A stretch of DNA of 13,718 nucleotides from Promethearchaeia archaeon (lineage in GTDB: Archaea > Asgardarchaeota > Lokiarchaeia > Sigyniarchaeales > SOKP01), in the NCBI GenBank assembly GCA_029856105.1, contig JAHQWH010000228.1, positions 1-13,718 on the forward strand. Direction: 5' to 3'. The notes beneath the pieces are model-generated. The model ran no database searches. It was not told the DNA's origin and saw only the letters and a list, made by a program, of their open reading frames with translations. Position 1 is the first letter of the stretch, and each line of letters begins with the position of its first letter. Below, one piece after another: positions 7,755 through 13,718 of this stretch. The position numbers were made by a program, and so were the translations under genes.

Positions 7755-8390
7755 TTGGATTTTGAAAAATTAACAGAATTAATAATTGAGTTAGAAGTAG
7801 ACGATATTGAAGCTGCAGTGAAGGAAGCCCTAGAAGGGGATGGAAAGGACCCATTTGACATCTTAAGCGCTTTAACAAAAGGAATGGACGAAGTAGGAAA
7901 AAGATATGAAGAGAAGGAATATTATTTAACTGAGTTGGTATTAGCGGGGGAGACCATGAAAGAAGCGTTTAAAGTGCTCCAACCAGCCTTAGCAGCATCA
8001 GACAAGTCAGTAGATAAAACAAAAGTTATCATTTGTACAGTTAAGGGCGACAATCATGATATTGGTAAGAATATTTTAGGATCTCTGTTATTAAGCAGCG
8101 GTTTTGAACTGATCGACCTTGGCATGGATGTAGATGCAGATATAATTGTTAATAAAGTAAAGGAATCAGGAGCTACGGTAATTGCGTTAAGCTCGCTCTT
8201 AACAATGACTGTTGAGCAGATTAAAACCGTTCACGAAGCGTTAATCGCAGCGGGTCTTAGGGATAGTGTAAAATTAATCGTTGGTGGAGCTCCTTTGAAC
8301 ATGGAACTTGCTAAGCGGTTGGGTGCAGATGATTTCGCAGATGACGCTGTCGATGGAGTCAGGCATATAAAAAAGTTAGCAGGAAAATAA
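7755..8390 (+). CDS. Corrinoid (cobalamin-binding) protein of the methyltransferase-cognate MtaC/MtbC/MttC type
   Basis: N-terminal cap domain (LTKGMDEVGKRYE...YYLTELVLAGETM) and a B12-binding Rossmann domain with D-x-H-x-x-G (GDNHDIGKN), SSLLT and VGGA; TTG start after AAGGGG. Confidence 0.93.
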   Translation: MDFEKLTELIIELEVDDIEAAVKEALEGDGKDPFDILSALTKGMDEVGKRYEEKEYYLTELVLAGETMKEAFKVLQPALAASDKSVDKTKVIICTVKGDNHDIGKNILGSLLLSSGFELIDLGMDVDADIIVNKVKESGATVIALSSLLTMTVEQIKTVHEALIAAGLRDSVKLIVGGAPLNMELAKRLGADDFADDAVDGVRHIKKLAGK

Positions 8391-8648
8391 TACATTCATT
8401 CAATTTTTTATTTTTATACCTTTAATTTTGTAATTTTATAAGATACATTTTTTGATATTTATAATTTATAAAGTCGGTTTAAAAGAGATTCTATTTTATT
8501 CTTTTAGTTACTGAGAAACTTAACTAAAATATAATAAGAATATTTATTTTACTAAGGAAAGTATATCTCTTAGAACCAATCAAATAAAATTAATTCTGGA
8601 TATTACAAATTATTAAAAAATGTTTATAGGAAAAAGGAGGCTTTTTTA

Positions 8649-8903
8649 ATGACTGGTGGAAAAGACAAGGAAATAAAATACGATACGGAATTAGATACGA
8701 GGGGTTTATTTTGCCCAGAACCTCTTTTTGAATTAAGGACTTTTTCAGAATCATTAGATATTGGTCAATGTTTTAAAGTTTTAGCTGATGATCCGGCAGC
8801 AGAAGAAGATTTGACAAGGTGGGCAAAAAGAACTGGTACAGAGTTAGTTGAGTTTTTTAAAGATGGAGATGATCTAATATTTTACTTCAGAAAAAGGGAA
8901 TAA
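8649..8903 (+). CDS. tusA: TusA/SirA-family sulfur carrier protein
   Basis: 84 aa with LDTRGLFCPEP (CPxP) and VLADDPAAEEDL; AGGAGG ribosome-binding site. Confidence 0.92.
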   Translation: MTGGKDKEIKYDTELDTRGLFCPEPLFELRTFSESLDIGQCFKVLADDPAAEEDLTRWAKRTGTELVEFFKDGDDLIFYFRKRE

Positions 8904-8935
8904 TATTTAACATGGAATTAAGGAGGGATTAAGAT

Positions 8936-10126
8936 ATGAGTATATATCTAGACAATCAGGCTGCAAGACCCGTAGACACAAGAGTCGTGGATGAAATGCT
9001 CCTATACTTTAACGAAAAATTTGCAAATCCGGCTTCACTTCATTGCGATGGAGATATTGCTACAGATATTTTAGAGACATCACGAGAAAAAATTGCAAAG
9101 TTTGTGAATGCTCCTAATCCATCTGACATCTTATTTACTTCTGGCGCGACCGAGTCAAATAATTTAGCTTTAATTGGAGCTGCTATGAGACAGAAGAAAA
9201 AAGGGAACCACATAATTATTTCTGAAATCGAACATATATCTATCTTAAACCTTGGGAAATATTTAGAAAGACAGGGGTTTAGAGTAAGCAGAGTTTCTGT
9301 AGATCGGTTTGGTATCATTAAACTAGATAAGCTTGAGAAGCTAATAACAGATGAGACAATTTTAATCTCAATTTCAACGGCTAGTAACGAAGTTGGAAGT
9401 TTACAACCAACAGCTGAAATTAGTAGGATAGCGAGAGAAAAAGGAATATTATTTCATACTGACGCTGTTGCTAGTGAAAGCGTAGTTCCAATTGATGTTC
9501 AAAAAGTTCCGATAGATTTAATCACATTATCGTCGAACGATATTTACGGACCAAGAGGGGTTGGCGCATTATACTTAAAAAAAGGAGTACGAGTTAACCC
9601 TATAATAATTGGTGGCGGTCAAGAAAGAGGTATGAGGTCAGGTTCTGAAAATATAACTGGCATCGTTGGGTTTGCTAAAGCCGCAGAGATTATGAAGGAA
9701 GAAATGCCCAAAGAATCAGAAAATTTAAAAAAATTAAGAGATAAGTTGATTAAGAATATCTTGGAAACAATTCCTAAATCGTATTTAAACGGAGATCCCG
9801 TAAAAAGACTTCCTCACAACGCACATTTTCGGTTTGATTATATCGAAGGGGAATCGTTGATATTAACGCTGAAAGAACACAATATTGCTGCTGCTACGGG
9901 CTCAGCTTGTAGTTCAAAAACATTAGAGGCATCTCATACATTAATTGCAATGGGTCTTTTGCACGAAGAAGCACACGGTAGTCTACTGGTTTCTTTAGGT
10001 AGAACTACTCGCGAATCCGACATTGATAAGCTTATAGAAGTTTTACCAAACCAAGTAAAAAGGTTGAGAAAGTTATCTCCATTAACTCCTCCAGAATTAT
10101 TAAAAAAATATGATGAGGTAAAATAA
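8936..10126 (+). CDS. iscS: IscS/NifS-family (group I cysteine desulfurase-like) protein with the PLP lysine replaced by Asp
   Basis: YLDN, FTSGATESNN, EH, NEVG, FHTDA, GGGQERGMRSG and GSACSS (Cys325) are present; the canonical SxHK-x-YGP reads SSND-I-YGP. AGGAGG ribosome-binding site. Confidence 0.92.
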   Translation: MSIYLDNQAARPVDTRVVDEMLLYFNEKFANPASLHCDGDIATDILETSREKIAKFVNAPNPSDILFTSGATESNNLALIGAAMRQKKKGNHIIISEIEHISILNLGKYLERQGFRVSRVSVDRFGIIKLDKLEKLITDETILISISTASNEVGSLQPTAEISRIAREKGILFHTDAVASESVVPIDVQKVPIDLITLSSNDIYGPRGVGALYLKKGVRVNPIIIGGGQERGMRSGSENITGIVGFAKAAEIMKEEMPKESENLKKLRDKLIKNILETIPKSYLNGDPVKRLPHNAHFRFDYIEGESLILTLKEHNIAAATGSACSSKTLEASHTLIAMGLLHEEAHGSLLVSLGRTTRESDIDKLIEVLPNQVKRLRKLSPLTPPELLKKYDEVK

Positions 10127-10130
10127 TAAA

Positions 10131-10934
10131 ATGAAATCTACTACATATTCAGACAAGGTATTGGACCACTTCAAGAATCCTCGAAACGTTGGTGAAATTG
10201 AAAACGCAGATGGAGTTGGTCGAGTTGGAAACCCAGTTTGTGGAGATCTTATGTGGATCTACCTCAAGATTGCCAAAAATGAAAAGGGTGAAGAAGTAAT
10301 TGAGGATATTAAATTTAAAACGTTCGGCTGTGGTTCAGCTGTTTCTACATCATCAATGATTACTGAGATGGCAAAAGGTATGACACTTGATGAAGCGTAT
10401 AAAATCACGCGACAAAATGTTGCTAACGAATTAGATGGACTTCCTCCTATAAAAATGCATTGCTCTAATCTAGCTGCCGATGCTTTAAAAGCTGCTATCG
10501 ACAACTATCGTTTAGGTACAGAGCCAGAAATAGAGATCGTTACGTCTTGTCAATTAGATGTCAGGATAATCCTCGGAATCGATGACTTTCTTGGGAAAGG
10601 AGTTTATAAAGAAGTACCCGCGGATTTAGAAGAGTTTAGAGAAAAAAGAATTATTATAATCGACTCGGGAGACGAATCTTTAGAGCTCGCACTTAAACTA
10701 ACAGAATATACTGGAAGAGTAATTGTTGTAACTTCTGCAAAATCAGTTCCTGGCACTGTTGAATTGAGGAAAAAATTGAAGCATTCAGATGTAAAACTAT
10801 TACAAGAATCAGAATTGATTGAAATCAAAGGAGAGCTCGATGAAGTCGAAAAAATTGTTATACACGATTTCGATGAGGACGAGAATTACGAGCTATTCGT
10901 TGATGTAGTAATAGTTTTAGATTATCGCTTATAA
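10131..10934 (+). CDS. iscU: IscU/NifU-N Fe-S scaffold fused to a thioredoxin-reductase-like Rossmann domain
   Basis: YSDKVLDHFKNPRNVG, GNPVCGD (C37/D39), FGCGS (C67) and LPPIKMHC (H110/C111) occupy aa 1-128; a further ~140 aa resemble the TrxB NADPH domain. The gene starts 4 nt after the iscS stop. Confidence 0.92.
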   Translation: MKSTTYSDKVLDHFKNPRNVGEIENADGVGRVGNPVCGDLMWIYLKIAKNEKGEEVIEDIKFKTFGCGSAVSTSSMITEMAKGMTLDEAYKITRQNVANELDGLPPIKMHCSNLAADALKAAIDNYRLGTEPEIEIVTSCQLDVRIILGIDDFLGKGVYKEVPADLEEFREKRIIIIDSGDESLELALKLTEYTGRVIVVTSAKSVPGTVELRKKLKHSDVKLLQESELIEIKGELDEVEKIVIHDFDEDENYELFVDVVIVLDYRL

Positions 10935-10954
10935 AAAAAAAATTTATTCTAATA

Positions 10955-10991
10955 CTCTAATTTTTTCAATCTTTATTCTCTAATTTTTTCA
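10955..10991 (+). terminator. Tandem oligo-T terminator-like tracts within a 14-bp direct repeat
   Basis: CTCTAATTTTTTCA occurs at 10955-10968 and 10978-10991, just downstream of the iscU stop. Confidence 0.4.
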
Positions 10992-11098
10992 TAATTTATA
11001 ATAAAGAGGTTTAAAAAGCACAATTAATTCTATTTTTTTAAAGTAGTGATATAGTGCATCACGATCGCACAACTAAAAATAAATAAAAAAGTGATAAT

Positions 11099-13471
11099 AT
11101 GAAAAAAGTTATAATTGTAGGTGGAGTTGCTGGGGGCGCCTCGACGGCATCTCGACTTAGAAGGTTAATGGAAGATGTGGAGATTACAGTGCTTGAGAAG
11201 GGGGAGTATGTTTCATTTGCTAACTGTGGATTACCGTATTATATTGGTCACATCATAAAGGACCAAACTCAATTGGAACTAATGACGCCAGAAGAATTTT
11301 GGGATCGATTTAGGATTGACGTTAAAGTTAATCACGAAGCAATATCAATCAACAAGAAAAAGAAAACTGTTACGGTCAAAAACCTTGAAAATGATAAAGC
11401 TTTCGAATTGGACTATGATTACTTAGTACTTTCTCCTGGAGCTACCCCAATTGTACCTCCATTTGAGGGGATCGGTGATGTTCCCGTATTTACTCTGAGA
11501 ACAATTCCAGATTCCGTTAAGATCAAACAATTTGTCGAAAAGAATGATGTTAAACACGCAACCATCATCGGGGGCGGTTTTATCGGTTTAGAAATGGCTG
11601 AAAATTTGAAACACAGAGGTGCTAAGGTAAAAATCGTGGAAATGCTTGACCAAGTTATGGCGCCTATAGATAAGGAAATAGCACAATTTGTTCACCAAGA
11701 ATTACTACTAAATGGTGTGTGTTTACAATTAGAAGACCCTGTTGATTCTTTCAAATGTGATAGTGACAATTGTTTTTATGTTATTCCTAAAAGTGGGAAA
11801 AATATTAAGACTGACATGATAATTTTAGCAATTGGGGTCAAACCAGAAAACAAATTAGCTAAGGAATCTGATTTAGAAATTGGTCCGCGAGGTCATATTA
11901 TTGTAGACGAACAAATGAAAACCTCAGATCCTTCAATATTTGCTGTAGGTGACGTAGTCCAAGTAAAAAATTTTATAACCCAAGAACCCACTGGAATACC
12001 TTTAGCGGGTCCGGCAAATAAACAAGGGAGAATAGTTGCTGATGTCATTGCTGGCCGTGATACGAAGTATCAAGGAATTTTGGGAGCCTCCGTCGTAAAA
12101 GTGTTTGATTTAACTGTTTCAACAGTAGGCTTAACTGAAAAGCAATTAAAAAAAACCGATATTAAGTACGAAAAGATTTACATACACCCTAATAACCACG
12201 CAGGTTATTACCCTGGAGCTGTGCCAATAACTCTTAAATTGTTATTTGAAATTCCAAGTGGAAAAATACTCGGAGTTCAAGCAGCTGGAGGTCCAGGAAC
12301 AGAAAAAAGGATTGATGTAATTGCTACTGTAATTAAATTCAAAGGAACGGTGTTTGACTTAGAAGAGTTGGAACTTACTTACGCACCGCCTTTTGGTTCT
12401 GCTAAAGATCCTGTAAATATGGCGGGATTTGTTGCGGCTAACGTAATTAAAGGTGATATGCCAATTTGGCATTGGCACGACATTGAAAAAATAAAAAATA
12501 ATAATAGTTTTATACTTGATGTGAGAACACCCGAAGAATATCAAATCGGAACTATTGAAGGAGCTGTGAACATAAGCGACTTAGAATTAAGAAGTAGGCT
12601 GGATGAAGTTCCTAAAGATAAAAACATTTACATTCTCTGCGAAGTGGGGTTTAGAGGCTACCTTTCAACAAGATTATTAATTCAAAAAGGATATCACGTT
12701 AAGAATTTATCAGGTGGATACAAATTATTTAAAACAGCAGCAGCAACAACCGAAGAAATAGCCGCTGAGTGTGGAGCATCAGAAGAAATTATGGAAGAAC
12801 TAGTTGAAAGAAAAACTACAATTACGGAAGATTATATAGAAGTAGATGCGTGCGGTTTATCCTGTCCAGGGCCTTTAACTGCGCTCATTAAATCTCTTGA
12901 AGCACTACCGGAAAACAAAAAATTAAAAATTTATGCTACCGATCCAGGGTTTAAAGCGAGTGTAGAAGCTTACGCAAAATTGAATGATGCCGTTACTTTG
13001 TTATATTTAGGTAAAGAAGAAGGAAAATTGGTTGCGATGTTAGAAAAGGGACCTATAACCATCGAAGATGTTTCAGCACCGGTAAAAATTGCGAAGAAAA
13101 CGAGGAAACAATTGAGAAGTCCAGATGCACCTGCTCTATCTGAGATGAGGGCAGACGAGTTATTCGAAGCACTTGATACAGATGAATCGCCAGCACTAAT
13201 GATTGACGTTCGGACACCTCATGAATATCATAGTGGACATATTAAAGACACTAAATTAATGCCGTTAGGGGAATTGATGCATAATATTGATGCTTTAAAC
13301 AAATATAAGGATGAGGAAATTGTTGTAGTTTGCCATAGTGGGGCACGCTCGATGATGGCAGCCCAATTAATGGTCAGAGAGGGATTTAAAGATGTTAGAA
13401 ACTTAACAGGTGGCATGATTATATGGTACCGGAATGGTTACCCTGTGTTGCCACCTAAAAAAGAATATTAG
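11099..13471 (+). CDS. CoA-disulfide/persulfide reductase (CoADR/Npsr-like) fused to rhodanese, TusA and a second rhodanese domain
   Basis: FAD motif IVGGVAGG, SFANCGLPYY (C43), NAD(H) motif IGGGFIGLE...VE, IFAVGD, YYPGA and YAPPF; then DVRTPEEY...LCEVGFRG (C514), VDACGLSCPGP (C585/C589) and DVRTPHEY...VCHSGARS (C745). Confidence 0.93.
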   Translation: MKKVIIVGGVAGGASTASRLRRLMEDVEITVLEKGEYVSFANCGLPYYIGHIIKDQTQLELMTPEEFWDRFRIDVKVNHEAISINKKKKTVTVKNLENDKAFELDYDYLVLSPGATPIVPPFEGIGDVPVFTLRTIPDSVKIKQFVEKNDVKHATIIGGGFIGLEMAENLKHRGAKVKIVEMLDQVMAPIDKEIAQFVHQELLLNGVCLQLEDPVDSFKCDSDNCFYVIPKSGKNIKTDMIILAIGVKPENKLAKESDLEIGPRGHIIVDEQMKTSDPSIFAVGDVVQVKNFITQEPTGIPLAGPANKQGRIVADVIAGRDTKYQGILGASVVKVFDLTVSTVGLTEKQLKKTDIKYEKIYIHPNNHAGYYPGAVPITLKLLFEIPSGKILGVQAAGGPGTEKRIDVIATVIKFKGTVFDLEELELTYAPPFGSAKDPVNMAGFVAANVIKGDMPIWHWHDIEKIKNNNSFILDVRTPEEYQIGTIEGAVNISDLELRSRLDEVPKDKNIYILCEVGFRGYLSTRLLIQKGYHVKNLSGGYKLFKTAAATTEEIAAECGASEEIMEELVERKTTITEDYIEVDACGLSCPGPLTALIKSLEALPENKKLKIYATDPGFKASVEAYAKLNDAVTLLYLGKEEGKLVAMLEKGPITIEDVSAPVKIAKKTRKQLRSPDAPALSEMRADELFEALDTDESPALMIDVRTPHEYHSGHIKDTKLMPLGELMHNIDALNKYKDEEIVVVCHSGARSMMAAQLMVREGFKDVRNLTGGMIIWYRNGYPVLPPKKEY

Positions 13472-13593
13472 AATTTACAAATTTTCTTTAAATTATAAGT
13501 ATAAAATATAAAATTAGGGTACTAAATATATATTCAAATAAACATTCAATTTACAAGAAATTTCCAATAAATATATGAAAAAAAGGTGAGAAA

Positions 13594-13718
13594 ATGAAAA
13601 AAACAGTTAAAAACTTATTCGCCGCATTCTTGGGAGAATCTCAAGCGCGAAATCGATATACTTTGTTTTCAAAAATTGCTAAAAAAGAAGGTTATGTTCT
13701 AATTTCAAAGATTTTTGA
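13594..13718 (+). CDS. rbr: Rubrerythrin, 5' partial (runs off the window)
   Basis: Not in the ORF track. Manual translation gives MKKTVKNLFAAFLGESQARNRYTLFSKIAKKEGYVLISKIF, matching the rubrerythrin N-terminus NL-x-x-AF-x-GES-x-A-x-x-RY...A-x-x-EG; AGGTGAG upstream. Confidence 0.88.
   Translation, partial: MKKTVKNLFAAFLGESQARNRYTLFSKIAKKEGYVLISKIF

Noticed and set aside
8936-10126. iscS as a decaying pseudogene
   Set aside because: Full length, strong ribosome-binding site, tight coupling to iscU, intact loop Cys, and the substitution matches a known natural variant.
9040-13416. Short minus-strand ORFs (9040, 10259, 10604, 12359, 13228)
   Set aside because: Antisense to well-supported genes; no independent signals.
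8649-13471. Selenocysteine or pyrrolysine recoding in the sulfur genes
   Set aside because: Active-site positions checked are ordinary Cys codons, the ORFs are uninterrupted, and the stops are followed by AT-rich non-coding sequence or the next gene.
1-13718. CRISPR array, tRNA, rRNA, transposase or integrase
   Set aside because: No regularly spaced repeats, cloverleaf, rRNA-like segment or recombinase motif seen by eye.

Overview
AT-rich window with archaeal features (TTTAAATA-type TATA boxes, GGTGA/GGAGG-type ribosome-binding sites, short RNase Z). The gene content suggests an anaerobic archaeon, possibly Asgard/Lokiarchaeia (inference). The left half encodes an alpha-SNAP-like TPR solenoid protein, a ThiS/MoaD/SAMP-type ubiquitin-fold protein ending GG-K, RNase Z, a long coiled-coil protein and a MacB/LolCDE-type ABC pair whose permease appears to need an ATA start. 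A symmetric divergent promoter follows, with a candidate ~125-nt structured RNA and an orphan corrinoid protein. The right half is the most interesting part, a sulfur/Fe-S cluster: TusA; an IscS-like protein whose PLP Schiff-base lysine is replaced by Asp (SSND instead of SSHK); IscU fused to a degenerate thioredoxin-reductase NADPH domain; a CoA-disulfide/persulfide reductase-rhodanese-TusA-rhodanese fusion; and the start of rubrerythrin. Together these suggest a cysteine-independent, persulfide/sulfide-fed Fe-S assembly system (inference).
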